Shown here: piece by piece, positions 19,996 through 30,166 of the stretch | How the letters are laid out: each line of letters starts with the position of its first letter | How positions within the stretch are numbered: position 1 is the first letter of the stretch | Origin: Blastocatellia bacterium | Lineage (GTDB): Bacteria > Acidobacteriota > Blastocatellia > UBA7656 | Direction of reading: 5' to 3' | Length of the DNA stretch: 64,000 nt | Assembly: GCA_963765495.1 (NCBI GenBank) | Contig: CAVXWP010000001.1 | Location: forward strand, 1,248,715 to 1,312,714 | Made by a program: the position numbers and the translations under genes | The notes under the pieces: model-generated | What the model was told of the DNA's origin: nothing | The model's database searches: none | The model's input: only the letters and a program-made list of their open reading frames with translations

Positions 19996-21856
19996 AGTAT
20001 TTCTCCTTCTGTGCTTCGCATCTGGCCGACTCAATCGATTGTAGCCAGTTATTCAAACTGAGCGGGCGTAAATTAATCCATGCCTTGTAGGGGTCCTCTT
20101 CTCTAAATACATTGCCCATTGCTGCTCTGTCAACGTATTTATTCAATTCCGGCTCAGGAACGAACCAATCAACCCATTGTGCATCGGGTTGGCGTAGAGC
20201 TTCAACATAGGGGAAGCCGGCCAGCGGTGACTTCGGACGCCGCCGCACGGATTCAGGTAATACGTCACGCATTGAGGCGCGGAGTAATTCCTTTTTCACA
20301 CACCAGGGAACAGGCGGAAGCGATAGGAAATAATCTATCAACCGAAGATCAAGCAATGGATGCCGGTGCTCGATTGGAAAACTTGTTATGCCCGCATCGT
20401 GGCTCTCTAAAAGGCTCGACCAGAGGGCCGTTGATGTTAAGACTCTATAGGCATAAGGGCGGACAGGATGGTTCGACGGCGGATAGGAACTCAGTTGTTG
20501 CCATCGAGTAGCCAGATCTAATTGTTTCGCAAGAGCCTGATTTATCCAGACTGGATATGTCGGCTCTAGCTGCGGGGTTTGCCTCCCCATCAAACGACCG
20601 AGCTTGTCTCGAAAGCCGAGCGGTATAATTCTGCGCTGGGAAATGGCGTACCTGGCTGTGTTTATCACAAGTCGTCCGAATTGCCTGTCTTTGAGTAAAG
20701 ATCGAAGGTAGGGCTTTGGTGACTCGTTCAGAACCGTATCCCCGTCCCACCCCGTCAGCCCGACACGGCTATGAGCCGCCTGTAGTTTTGATTGATCGAC
20801 AGATATCGCGGGTTGCGGATCATTGACAGGTTCAGGGCGGCGAAATTCGGGGTTGTCCCAGTTTTCATATAGCTTGTAGTCGTCTCCTGCGATGTAATCT
20901 ATAAGGATGCCCAGTCTTTCTGCCGCCAGTCCTGAGTAGTATCGCTCTTCGTCGGGAATCACTCTGTCATAGACTACTGCATAGGCTCGCAGGTCATAGC
21001 AGGCGGACTGCTCCGAAAGCAGTTTAACGGCTGTTGCTGCTATAGCCGTTGAGTCCAGCCCGCCACTCATTGAAACGCTGACCCGGTCAGTCCGCAGCCG
21101 ATCATTTACCGCTGTTTGCAATAGCTCTCTAAAATGCTCGACATAATCATTTGCGCGGCGGTATCGAATGCGGCTGTCTGCGGGCAAAGCCCAATATCGC
21201 TTCAATCGTTGGGTTCCATCCGCCCACGTTAAACAGTGTGCGGGTGGCAGTCGCTGAATGTCGGCAAAGGTCGTCGTGGATGGCTCCTGGTTAGAGTCAA
21301 ACAGCAGAAAATCTGCGATGGCTAAATCATTCAATTCATCCGAAACCGCCGGGTGCATTCGCACGCAGTTCAACGTGTTGCTGAATATCAGATGACCGCG
21401 CACCTGAGCGTGATAAAAGGGCTTTACCCCGAAATGATCGCGTGCGCAAAACAGGCTCCGCTTTCGGCTGTCCCAGATGGCAAAGGCGAAATCGCCTATA
21501 AGATGCTCGACACACTCTTCGCCCCAGACCTCGTAGGCCCGCAAAATAAGCTCTACGTCGGTTACTCCCTCAAGCTTTATTGATCCTTTGGATTCCAGTT
21601 TCCCGATCAATTCCGAGCGGCCATCTACTCGCGCATCCGCCGTTATCCAGACTCCCCCGTCCAGACTGAATGGCTGATGCTCGCGCTCGGATTCAAACGT
21701 AGTCCGCAGCATCGTGTGGCCGAAGCCTATATTGCCGTCAATCCAGATTTCCTGAGCGTCGGGGCCGCGATAGGCCATAAACCCCGTCATCCGCCGCAAC
21801 AGTTGTCTGTCAACAGGTGCGCCGTCCAGGTTGATGATGCCAAGAATGCCGCTCAT
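19979..21856 (-). CDS. Lasso-peptide macrolactam synthetase (asparagine-synthetase-like, C protein)
   Basis: 625 aa. N-terminus is MSGILGI (Ser replaces the AsnB catalytic Cys2). PP-loop SMSGGLDS. ATGA overlap with the B2 gene. Confidence 0.85.
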   Translation of the reverse strand: MSGILGIINLDGAPVDRQLLRRMTGFMAYRGPDAQEIWIDGNIGFGHTMLRTTFESEREHQPFSLDGGVWITADARVDGRSELIGKLESKGSIKLEGVTDVELILRAYEVWGEECVEHLIGDFAFAIWDSRKRSLFCARDHFGVKPFYHAQVRGHLIFSNTLNCVRMHPAVSDELNDLAIADFLLFDSNQEPSTTTFADIQRLPPAHCLTWADGTQRLKRYWALPADSRIRYRRANDYVEHFRELLQTAVNDRLRTDRVSVSMSGGLDSTAIAATAVKLLSEQSACYDLRAYAVVYDRVIPDEERYYSGLAAERLGILIDYIAGDDYKLYENWDNPEFRRPEPVNDPQPAISVDQSKLQAAHSRVGLTGWDGDTVLNESPKPYLRSLLKDRQFGRLVINTARYAISQRRIIPLGFRDKLGRLMGRQTPQLEPTYPVWINQALAKQLDLATRWQQLSSYPPSNHPVRPYAYRVLTSTALWSSLLESHDAGITSFPIEHRHPLLDLRLIDYFLSLPPVPWCVKKELLRASMRDVLPESVRRRPKSPLAGFPYVEALRQPDAQWVDWFVPEPELNKYVDRAAMGNVFREEDPYKAWINLRPLSLNNWLQSIESARCEAQKEKYYEVTG

Positions 21857-22323
21857 TTGTCTCTTGCCTCTGCCGATGCTATGTCGCGGTCGAATGGAGA
21901 AAAACGCATTTCAACATCCTGGCTGTCGTTTAGAGCAAGGTCCATAAACTCAACCCAGGCATGAGCCTCCATCCGCCCCGCCTCTTTGCGTGCGCCGAAG
22001 CGCAGGCGGCTTTCAATCCGCCGCCGTCGCAGTAGCCACCATAAAATCAGGGATTCTTGCAAACAATTAGCGCGATACGGCCCCCACCGGGAAGCGATTC
22101 TCACTATCCTTGCCACCATCCGGGCTTTCTCGATCAATTTCTCGTTTTGTTCCTGCGGGATTTTTTTATCAACGGGCGATAAACGCAATAGAGCAGATTG
22201 CCAGCGATTGAATCCCACCACTCGCAACGCAGCGCCTGTGAGTGGAAACATAGGGAGAGCCTGCGCAAGCAATCGCCACTCTGGCAATGAAAGCTGCCGA
22301 GCCTTTTGCCACTTACCCGGCAT
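21853..22323 (-). CDS. Lasso-peptide leader protease B2 (transglutaminase-like Cys protease)
   Basis: 156 aa. RANCLQESL (Cys) and EAHAWVEF (His) match the B2 family pattern. Overlaps the B1 gene by 11 nt. Confidence 0.8.
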   Translation of the reverse strand: MPGKWQKARQLSLPEWRLLAQALPMFPLTGAALRVVGFNRWQSALLRLSPVDKKIPQEQNEKLIEKARMVARIVRIASRWGPYRANCLQESLILWWLLRRRRIESRLRFGARKEAGRMEAHAWVEFMDLALNDSQDVEMRFSPFDRDIASAEARDK

Positions 22324-22594
22324 TTATCTCCACTAATCCCTGTTCCGTCAATCTGCCGATCAGGTCCATTAAATCCTGTCGCAGCAGTTGCTCATCCACA
22401 TCATATTCATCAAGTAAAATCTCGTAAGCCGCCTGAATGGAATCGCTTGTTGTGAGAAGCGCCCACATGCGAGTCCCTATCTCGTCAAGGCCAAAGTAGC
22501 GCTCGCTTATCAAATTGAGAATGACCGATTCGCCGCCAACCGTGGAGACCAATACATCTGATGGCACTAATACACGTTTCTGAAATGCTTTCAT
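22313..22594 (-). CDS. PqqD-family RiPP recognition element (lasso B1)
   Basis: Start moved to the ATG at 22594 (MKAFQKRVLVPSD...), preceded by AGAGGAATC. ESVILNLISERYFGLDEIGTRMWALL...AYEILLDEYDVD...LMDLIGRLTEQGLV is the PqqD pattern. Confidence 0.8.
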   Translation of the reverse strand: MKAFQKRVLVPSDVLVSTVGGESVILNLISERYFGLDEIGTRMWALLTTSDSIQAAYEILLDEYDVDEQLLRQDLMDLIGRLTEQGLVEINAG

Positions 22595-22868
22595 GATTCC
22601 TCTTGCGAACACTCAACTTCCCTGTATTTTGGATTTGCCTGAATTGTGGGCTATCCCCTGCACCCTTTGAATGATGATATCTTGCCATCGTTCCTAATGA
22701 AAAGGCAAATCAAGTTTGAGGCTATTGCTCACAAGAACCTTTTTCGTTGCTTTACTTACATAGAATTTCGGCCAAGATTTGGTGCTCGCCTGTACGCTAC
22801 GTAAAGGAATCTAAAGAGCCGGATACAAACCGGCTAAGGCGCGGCACGGCTTTAGTAAAAACAAGAGT

Positions 22869-22898
22869 GGGGAGAGAACCTCAAGACCGTTCTCTCCC
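22869..22898. terminator. Bidirectional stem-loop terminator
   Basis: Stem ggggagagaac (22869-22879) with gttctctccc (22889-22898). TTCGGATTTTTT follows on the plus strand and TTGTTTTTAC on the minus strand. It sits 50 nt past the stop of the minus-strand ORF at 22947. Confidence 0.6.
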
Positions 22899-22946
22899 TT
22901 CGGATTTTTTGGAAAAGCGCCGATGCTCGGTCGGCGCGCCTCCGGC

Positions 22947-23171
22947 TTACTTTGAAGTCTGGCGCAAAGCCAGACACAGGCCCAGCCCTATCTCCACACC
23001 ACAGGAAATTCGAGTCAGAGTCGGGTGCTCTGCGATTGTCTCTATCATGTTCTGAAATGGTTTTGGCCCGAACTTCCATAAAAGCGTATAACGCTTTGGC
23101 TCGATAAGACCTACTACGCCCTCGCCGATCATCGTGACTGCCAGCAATTCTTTTAGCCTTTTGCCAAGCAT
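22947..23171 (-). CDS. Small hypothetical membrane protein (74 aa)
   Basis: ATG at 23171 preceded by TAGGAGGGCTT. Two hydrophobic stretches (LLAVTMIGEGVVGLI and ISCGVEIGLGLCLAL). Terminator downstream. Confidence 0.5.
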   Translation of the reverse strand: MLGKRLKELLAVTMIGEGVVGLIEPKRYTLLWKFGPKPFQNMIETIAEHPTLTRISCGVEIGLGLCLALRQTSK

Positions 23172-23519
23172 AAGCCCTCCTATGTTTTGTAGTAATCGAG
23201 TTCGAAAAGAGTATAAGGAACTTGAAGCGTCCCGAAGATATTGTATCAAAAGGCGCTGATCGGTTCATGCCGCTCTGCTTTTCTTCCCGTTTTGATATGG
23301 ATTTGCTAGAATTCCCCAGGCAGGAATCTGATTCTATATTTTACAGCCTCTCTTTGGAGAGAAAGCCCCCGCCCGCAAGCCACGCTTCACTACTTTTTGA
23401 CTGGCTGAATTGTAAAGACGCTTTGAGAAATTGACTCATATTTCCGCCTCTCAGTCAGCCACCTCTCAGTAGCTTGCGGCCCGGCCCCGCGCAGAGAATT
23501 TAAGAAGGAGGCACACGCA

Positions 23520-24050
23520 ATGGCTGCAAATGTTATCGAGTTGCGCCCCGATTATCAGGAACGCTACAGGTTCGAACAGCAACGCATTCAATCAATAATA
23601 GAGAGCCGGAAAGCCGAGCGCGAAAGCGTGATAAAGGATTTGAAAGATGCCGCCTGGAATGATCAGGTCGAACTGGTTCGCGTATTGATTGCTCAAAAAA
23701 GCGCCCTCGATATCGTTATCGCCGCGCAGGAAAAACGATACCAGTCACTCGACAGACAGTTACAGCTTGCCGAGGCCGAACTCAATCGGGCAAAACAGGC
23801 GCTTGATCTTCTCTCCAATCAGGAAAAAGATATACTTGCCAAAATCGAGAAGCATAGACAACAGGCGCAAGCCCTTGAGCAGGAAAGACAGGAACACCTC
23901 TCGGTTGTAAGCTTGATCGAGCAGAAGATCAAGGCTCTTCGCGACCTCAATGGCGTGATAGAAAAGATCGAGTTGGCACCTCTAAGAGAGAATATAAAAG
24001 AGTGCCGCGAAGAACTGAAAAGATTTCTTGGCCGAACCTCGAATCGCTAA
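23520..24050 (+). CDS. Hypothetical coiled-coil protein (176 aa)
   Basis: AAGAAGGAGG lies upstream of the ATG. The sequence is Q/E/K/L/R-rich with heptad-like character throughout. Confidence 0.55.
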   Translation: MAANVIELRPDYQERYRFEQQRIQSIIESRKAERESVIKDLKDAAWNDQVELVRVLIAQKSALDIVIAAQEKRYQSLDRQLQLAEAELNRAKQALDLLSNQEKDILAKIEKHRQQAQALEQERQEHLSVVSLIEQKIKALRDLNGVIEKIELAPLRENIKECREELKRFLGRTSNR

Positions 24051-24102
24051 ATTGCCGCGCTTCTACAGACTGCCCGGGTGTTTGTACCCGTTGCGCCGAG
24101 AT

Positions 24103-25248
24103 TTATTGATTATCGGTACGGGCGGGTTCGCCCGGTTGCCCGTCCGCATAGATTCCTCGCCTTACGCGCACCTTTAAATCGGTCCTTGTGCTGTAAACCT
24201 TTATCAAGTGAAATTTCGTATCCTCCGGGCTGCGCTCGGATGAATAGGCGATGACGTACTCGGAGCCAATCTCTTCAATAATCTGATCCCTGATCTCTTC
24301 ACAATCAATCGTATGAATGACCTGACCCGGCTCCGCCATTGCCCCGCCGTAGTGATTCTGAGAGTCCGCGCAATCGATGCGCTGCTCGAAATCCCAGACC
24401 TTTCCCCCGGTCTCCTCCGCAAGCGTTTGAAGAGGCTCTTGACCGGCTTCAAGCTCGCCAACGTATCGCTGAAGTAGTTCATGCATTTTACGAGCGACGG
24501 GATCGAGCCGCTTTATAACAGGCAATGGCTTCTCAACCTTTGGCTTCAATTCATGAAGCAGCATCGCCGCCTGACTGACAACATAGACAGTGGCCCGAGC
24601 GCGATGCATGGCCTTGAGCGCTTCCTCAAAGGAGGATTGCGAAGATGTATCGACACCGTCGGTCATTAATACCACGCTGCGCCGCCCTGTAATCTTCAGC
24701 AGAAGATCATCGGCTGCGCGGGTCAATGAATCGTACAGGCGCGGGTTCGGTCGCGGCCTGAAATTCCAATCAAGAGCCTTTCTGAGCGCGGCTCGATCAT
24801 CGGTCCACGACGACAGCAATTCCACTTTGTCAGCGTAGGAAATCAGAGCGACCCTGTCTTCTTTACCAAATGACTCGATGAGTTTCCACGCAAGTTCCCG
24901 ATGGATGTTGATGTTTTTGAGCGTGGTCAGGTCGCCGCTGCTGTCAAGAATGAGAAGAATATTGGCGGGAGTACGCAGGATGGAAGTGATCTGCTGGCGC
25001 TTATCGTCTTCGGTGACGATGACATCAGCGTGATCCAGCCGTGTGGGCAGTTTGCCGAGCGCGCCTTGAATGCTGACCGGAAGAAGAACCTCTTCGGTGC
25101 GGAGACGAACGGGTGTGTTATCATCCCCCGCTTGTGGCGCAGGCTTTTTTTTCTGCATACGTCCGCTTTGAGCCCTCGCGGATAACCCTGCGACAGCAAT
25201 AATACAAATTACGAGTAGAACCTGGATTTTTAGAGCTTGCCTTACCAT
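24103..25248 (-). CDS. Secreted von Willebrand factor A (VWA) domain protein
   Basis: 381 aa. N-terminal signal peptide (LLVICIIAVAGLSARAQS) and a MIDAS-like LILDSSGDL. Confidence 0.7.
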   Translation of the reverse strand: MVRQALKIQVLLVICIIAVAGLSARAQSGRMQKKKPAPQAGDDNTPVRLRTEEVLLPVSIQGALGKLPTRLDHADVIVTEDDKRQQITSILRTPANILLILDSSGDLTTLKNINIHRELAWKLIESFGKEDRVALISYADKVELLSSWTDDRAALRKALDWNFRPRPNPRLYDSLTRAADDLLLKITGRRSVVLMTDGVDTSSQSSFEEALKAMHRARATVYVVSQAAMLLHELKPKVEKPLPVIKRLDPVARKMHELLQRYVGELEAGQEPLQTLAEETGGKVWDFEQRIDCADSQNHYGGAMAEPGQVIHTIDCEEIRDQIIEEIGSEYVIAYSSERSPEDTKFHLIKVYSTRTDLKVRVRRGIYADGQPGEPARTDNQ

Positions 25249-25581
25249 CTCTTCAACTGCCTTTCACCTATAATCGCCCTAACAGACCCATATTACAGAT
25301 AACTCTGCGGCACCTTTTAAAGAACGATGTTCCGATCAAATATTTCACTCTGATCATAAAAATCAAGCCACTGGATTTCCATTTTGAACCTTACTCTTCA
25401 CGTGGTTACAATAGTCAGGTGGGCCGAAGGATATCAATGCCAAACGTCTGTTTCTTTTCAATATTTTCAGTGCGCACCTTATTGAACCGATGCGATCCAA
25501 AGCTATTGCCCGAGATTGGAGCGGGGCTAGCCGTGAGATTCAACTTTAATGAATACCACTTAGGATTGCATCGGTGAAAGA

Positions 25582-26952
25582 ATGAAATCTGACCCTGACC
25601 GGCACGAAATCAACGACTCGGATCGTAAACCTGAACCGAAATCTACCGGGCTTGCCTTTCTGTTGCGTGCCCTCGGACACCGTAACTACCGGCTGTTTTT
25701 CAGCGGGCAAAGCATATCCCTTATCGGGACCTGGATGACTCGCGTGGCAACAAGCTGGCTGGTCTATCGCCTGACCGGCTCGGCATTGCTTCTCGGGATA
25801 GTCGGATTTGCGGGACAGATTCCATCCTTTCTTCTTGCGCCTTTTGCCGGAGTCCTTGTCGACAGGTGGAACCGTCATCGCCTGCTTATCGCCACACAGG
25901 TGCTTGCGCTCCTTCAATCGCTCGGTCTTGCAATTCTTGCTCTGACACACCTGATAAACATCTGGCACGTTATCGCGCTCAGCCTCTTTCAAGGGCTCAT
26001 AAATGCTTTCGATATGCCTGCGCGGCAGGCCATAGTAGTGGAACTGGTTGAGAAGAAAGAGGACCTTGCCAATGCCATCGCGCTCAACTCTTCAATGGTA
26101 AACGCCGCCCGGTTGCTTGGTCCGTCCCTTGGCGGAATCATCATCGCAGCCGTCGGTGAAGGGTGGTGTTTTCTGCTCGACAGCATAAGCTATCTGGCAG
26201 TCATCGCTTCGCTTCTGGCCATGAAGATGACTCCGCGCGCGAGTCGTCGGGCGAGACAGACGAGAATCCTGCAACAGTTTCGCGAGGGCTGGACCTATGT
26301 TGCCCGGTCCTCTCCCATAAGCGGGCTGTTGCTGCTGCTCGCGCTTGTCAGCCTCGTAGGGATGCCCTACACGGTCTTGATGCCGGTCTTTGCAAACGAG
26401 ATTCTGCACGGCGGCCCAAATACGCTTGGCCTGTTGATGGCGGCATCAGGCGTGGGAGCGCTTACGGGTGCGTTGTTTCTCGCCTCGCGCAAAACGGTTC
26501 TCGGTCTGGGCAAACTTGTCCCTCTGGCGGCAGCCATGTTTGGCGCGGGTCTTATCGCGTTTTCGTTTTCGCGGGTGCTCTGGCTCTCTTTGCCTTTGAT
26601 GATAGTCAGCGGCCTCGGATTCATGATGCAGATGGCCTCAAGCAATACCCTGCTGCAAACCATCGTGGAAGAAGACAAACGAGGGCGCGTGATGAGTTTT
26701 TACACGATGGCCTTCATGGGGACCGCGCCCTTTGGCAGCCTGCTGGCAGGAAGCCTTGCCGAGCGCATAGGCGCTCCGCACACCTTGATGTTTGGCGGGC
26801 TGGGCTGCATCCTTGGGGCTTTGTGGTTTGCAAGATCGCTTCCGAGACTGCGGCAGCAAGTTCGCCCGATCTACATCGAAATGGGCATCCTTCCAGAGAT
26901 CGCATCAGGAATTCGGAGCACCTCTGAATTGGTCGTTCCGCCTGAAACCTGA
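25582..26952 (+). CDS. MFS transporter (MFS_3/EntS-like)
   Basis: 456 aa. About 12 hydrophobic segments by eye. N-terminal RNYRLFFSGQSISLIGTWM is typical of this MFS sub-family. Confidence 0.75.
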   Translation: MKSDPDRHEINDSDRKPEPKSTGLAFLLRALGHRNYRLFFSGQSISLIGTWMTRVATSWLVYRLTGSALLLGIVGFAGQIPSFLLAPFAGVLVDRWNRHRLLIATQVLALLQSLGLAILALTHLINIWHVIALSLFQGLINAFDMPARQAIVVELVEKKEDLANAIALNSSMVNAARLLGPSLGGIIIAAVGEGWCFLLDSISYLAVIASLLAMKMTPRASRRARQTRILQQFREGWTYVARSSPISGLLLLLALVSLVGMPYTVLMPVFANEILHGGPNTLGLLMAASGVGALTGALFLASRKTVLGLGKLVPLAAAMFGAGLIAFSFSRVLWLSLPLMIVSGLGFMMQMASSNTLLQTIVEEDKRGRVMSFYTMAFMGTAPFGSLLAGSLAERIGAPHTLMFGGLGCILGALWFARSLPRLRQQVRPIYIEMGILPEIASGIRSTSELVVPPET

Positions 26953-27117
26953 AACCGCGCTATGGAAAAAGAAGCATTGCCGCTTGTGTTTTTCCGGCTG
27001 AGCCGATATTTTGACCAGTAGCAATATAAGACGACGCGCAAACAGAGAGACGTTTACCCGATGAACGTATGAACCAGACGCGCTTCTTCATACGATTCGG
27101 CAAAAGGATAACAGGAT

Positions 27118-28083
27118 ATGAATAAGATGAATCGTCGCGAGTTTATTACAACAACGCTCGGAGCTACCGGGGTAATAGGCACAGGGATATTGCTGAAAGA
27201 TGAATTCGTCACCGGCTCTGCCTCGAGCGCCCCAAACTCGAACTCCCCAAACCTGATCGTTGATCCTTTGATTAAAAGCCCGGTCGATAAAGTCGCCCTC
27301 GGAAAAAGCGGCGTTAAAGTCTCGGTCGTAGGCATCGGAACCGGCACCGTCGGATGGAATCATCAGTCGAATCAGACTCGTCTGGGTCAGGAGGCTTTCA
27401 CTCGCCTCATCCGTCATGCCCTCGACAGCGGTATTAACTTCTTCGACCTTGCCGATCAGTATGGATCGAATCCCTATTTCAGTCGCGCCGTAGAAGGCGT
27501 GGCCCGCGACCGCTATGTGATACAGACGAAGACAAACAGCCGCGACCCCGATCAGGCTCGACAGGATATCGACCGTTTCCTTAAAGAGCTGAAGACCGAT
27601 TACATTGATTCGTTGATCGTTCATTGTGTGACCGAACCCGACTGGACTACTCGTTTTCGCGGAGTTATGGATGTGCTTGAAGAGGCAAAACAGAAAGGCA
27701 AGATACGCGCGCACGGAGTAACCTGTCACAGCTTCGTCGCGCTGGAAGCCGCCCACGCAAGCGACTGGGTGCAGATAAATCAGGTGCGCTGGAACCCCCG
27801 GCAGGCGCATATGGATGCGGAAGTCGAAACGGCGCGAAACCTCTTTGGCAGGATGCGGAGCAAAGGGCAGGGAATGATTGGCATGAAGGTGGTCGGACAG
27901 GGTGATATCGTAAACGGAAGTAAAGCTATGGCGGCTAAGGACTGTTTTCGCTTTCAGATCGAATCGGGTGTCGTTGACGCTTTCGTCGTAGGCGTAGAAA
28001 GCGTACCGCAAATTGAGGAACTGATTCAGGGGACTCAACTGGCCCTGAATGACATCGGGTACCGCAGAGTCCAGATCGCCTGA
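27118..28083 (+). CDS. Tat-exported aldo/keto reductase
   Basis: 321 aa. Twin-arginine signal MNKMNRREFITTTLGATG. GINFFDLADQYG and IDSLIVHC are AKR-like motifs. Confidence 0.7.
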   Translation: MNKMNRREFITTTLGATGVIGTGILLKDEFVTGSASSAPNSNSPNLIVDPLIKSPVDKVALGKSGVKVSVVGIGTGTVGWNHQSNQTRLGQEAFTRLIRHALDSGINFFDLADQYGSNPYFSRAVEGVARDRYVIQTKTNSRDPDQARQDIDRFLKELKTDYIDSLIVHCVTEPDWTTRFRGVMDVLEEAKQKGKIRAHGVTCHSFVALEAAHASDWVQINQVRWNPRQAHMDAEVETARNLFGRMRSKGQGMIGMKVVGQGDIVNGSKAMAAKDCFRFQIESGVVDAFVVGVESVPQIEELIQGTQLALNDIGYRRVQIA

Positions 28084-28117
28084 TTGTACCCCACAGCGGG
28101 AAACTACTCTCTTCACT

Positions 28118-28163
28118 CGGTCTCATCTGAGATTTCAAATCTCTCAAATCTCGGATGAGACCG
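28118..28163. terminator. Palindrome between convergent genes (bidirectional terminator candidate)
   Basis: Stem cggtctcatc (28118-28127) with gatgagaccg (28154-28163). The loop contains tcaaatctc tcaaatctc. The right arm overlaps the last codons of the minus-strand epimerase gene. Confidence 0.55.
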
Positions 28164-29121
28164 TTGCGTTACGTCTGTTCTCGCGCCACCTTTTGCAAAG
28201 ATCACGAGCGGCCTCGCTCCAGTCTGGAAACTCGAAATCAAATCCCGACTCCAGAAGCTTACCCGGTACGACCCGCCTGCTTTTTAATATAAGCTCGGTT
28301 TCGGTCCTCAGAAAAATCGCGCCAATCTCAAGCATCCATCTGGTTGCGGGAAGACCTGCGCGCACACCTGCGGCCTCGCGCAAAATCCGCATGAACTCAG
28401 CCTGCGGCAGCGGGTTTGGCGATGAGAGATTTACCGGACCTTCAAATTCCGGGTGCTCGATCAGATAGTAGACCGCTCGCACGAAATCCTGATCGTGAAT
28501 CCAGGAAATGTATTGTCGCCCGCTCGCTGCGCGACCGCCGAGACCGCGCCGCACGAGTCCGAGCAGCACATCGAAAATTCCACTACGGTCGGGACTCAAT
28601 GTTAGAGCCGAACGCATCAGCACCATTCGCGTATCAGGCGCGGCGAATTCCTCGGCAGCGCGCTCCCACGAGGTAGCTACGTCAATACTGAAGCGCCACG
28701 TGTCGGGCGCATTTGGCTCTGCCCCGCCCAGGATTCCTGTCGCTTCATCGTTTGGTGCGTCCAGACGATGGGCATAGATCGTAGCCGTGCTGGCCTGTAA
28801 CCACACTTTCGGCGGACGCCTGGCGCGAGTTATTGCCTCGCCTATGACACGGGTTGATTTCACCCGAGATTCCTTGAGTATCCGGCGGTTTTCATCCGTG
28901 TACCGACAGTTCACACTCTGCCCGGCCAGATTGATGATTACATCCGCCTCTTCAAATTCCGCCGCCCAGTCTCCGAGGCTCTCCCCGTCCCACCCCGCAA
29001 CACGCCACCGGGCGGTCCGTGGCCTTCGACTGAGGACCACAACCTCGTGTTTGTCTCTGAAAAATGCGCGAGCAAGAACCTCGCCTACCTGTCCTGTGCC
29101 GCCGGGGATTACGATTTTCAT
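28144..29121 (-). CDS. NAD-dependent epimerase/dehydratase family protein (YfcH/TIGR01777-like, C-terminal DUF1731-type region)
   Basis: Start moved to the ATG at 29121 (MKIVIPGGTGQVGEVLARAF, Rossmann glycine motif). The longer ORF-track start adds 79 aa of low-quality sequence. Confidence 0.7.
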   Translation of the reverse strand: MKIVIPGGTGQVGEVLARAFFRDKHEVVVLSRRPRTARWRVAGWDGESLGDWAAEFEEADVIINLAGQSVNCRYTDENRRILKESRVKSTRVIGEAITRARRPPKVWLQASTATIYAHRLDAPNDEATGILGGAEPNAPDTWRFSIDVATSWERAAEEFAAPDTRMVLMRSALTLSPDRSGIFDVLLGLVRRGLGGRAASGRQYISWIHDQDFVRAVYYLIEHPEFEGPVNLSSPNPLPQAEFMRILREAAGVRAGLPATRWMLEIGAIFLRTETELILKSRRVVPGKLLESGFDFEFPDWSEAARDLCKRWRENRRNATVSSEI

Positions 29122-29242
29122 AAGTCGTACCTTGAAAGAATTGGCGCGCTGTGGGCATGATACACGAGCAGGCACGGATATACATCTTTTGCAGGTCGAT
29201 TTGAAACCGTTTATTTCCAGATGAGGAGAGAGGAGAAGTCGT

Positions 29243-30127
29243 ATGCTGATAACGCGTCGCAAATTCCTGATGACGAGTTGCGCGGGGCTCGCATCCACTG
29301 CGCTTATGAAAGGCCGCGCTCTTCGAGGTATCGCTCGCGCAAGGGGAGTTAAATTCAAGGTGGGTGTGACGGATTGGAATCTGCGCCGGGAAGGCGTCGT
29401 CGGTTCTATCGCTCTGGCAAAAAAACTTGGCTTTGACGGTGTTCAGGTGAGCCTCGGGGTAGGCGCAGACAGCCTGCCTCTCAGTGATGCGGAGCTTCAA
29501 AAATCATTTCTCGCTGAATCCAAAAAGGTGGGACTGCCGCTGGCTTCGGTTTGTTTGAATATCCTCCACCGCAATATCTTGAAATCCGATCCTCTTGGCC
29601 AGCGATGGGTAGCCGATTCGATTCCTATCGCGCGAAATCTTGGTGTGAAGGTCATCCTGTTGCCGTTTTTCGGACGCGGCGCGTTAACGACTCAGGCCGA
29701 GATGGATTACGTAGGCGATGCGCTTCGGGAAATTGCGCCCGAGGCTGAAAAGGCAAAGGTGATTCTGGGACTTGAAGACACCATATCGGCTGCCGATAAC
29801 GTCCGCATAATGGACCGCGCGAAATCCCCGTCCGTCCTGACCTATTACGATGTAGGCAATTCTACTCAAAACGGCTTCGACGTAATAAAAGAGATTCGCT
29901 GGCTTGGGCGGGAACGTATCTGTGAAGTTCACCTAAAGGACAATCCGCATTATCTGGGCCAGGGAGCCATCGATTTCACGGCGGTCGTTGACGCTCTTGC
30001 CGATATAGGCTTTGACAGGTGGGCGCAGCTTGAAACCGATTGCCCTACAGGATCGGTTGAGGCCGATATGAACACAAATCTGAAATTCATTCGAGGGATA
30101 ATCGCAAAGCGAAATAGCTCTCGATGA
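29243..30127 (+). CDS. Tat-exported sugar-phosphate isomerase/epimerase (xylose-isomerase-like TIM barrel)
   Basis: 294 aa. Signal MLITRRKFLMTSCAGLASTAL. General resemblance to the AP-endonuclease-2/xylose-isomerase TIM-barrel family (EVHLKDN, GQGAIDF). Confidence 0.55.
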   Translation: MLITRRKFLMTSCAGLASTALMKGRALRGIARARGVKFKVGVTDWNLRREGVVGSIALAKKLGFDGVQVSLGVGADSLPLSDAELQKSFLAESKKVGLPLASVCLNILHRNILKSDPLGQRWVADSIPIARNLGVKVILLPFFGRGALTTQAEMDYVGDALREIAPEAEKAKVILGLEDTISAADNVRIMDRAKSPSVLTYYDVGNSTQNGFDVIKEIRWLGRERICEVHLKDNPHYLGQGAIDFTAVVDALADIGFDRWAQLETDCPTGSVEADMNTNLKFIRGIIAKRNSSR

Positions 30128-30166
30128 TCTGCCGAAGGATTGGAATGGCGGAAGGAAGGGATAAGC

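Noticed and set aside
22485-22688. 67-aa minus-strand ORF upstream of and overlapping the PqqD-like gene, considered as an alternative lasso precursor.
   Set aside because: It overlaps the B1 coding region out of frame, has no leader motif or acidic ring-acceptor pattern, and has no RBS. The ORF at 19846-19995 fits far better.
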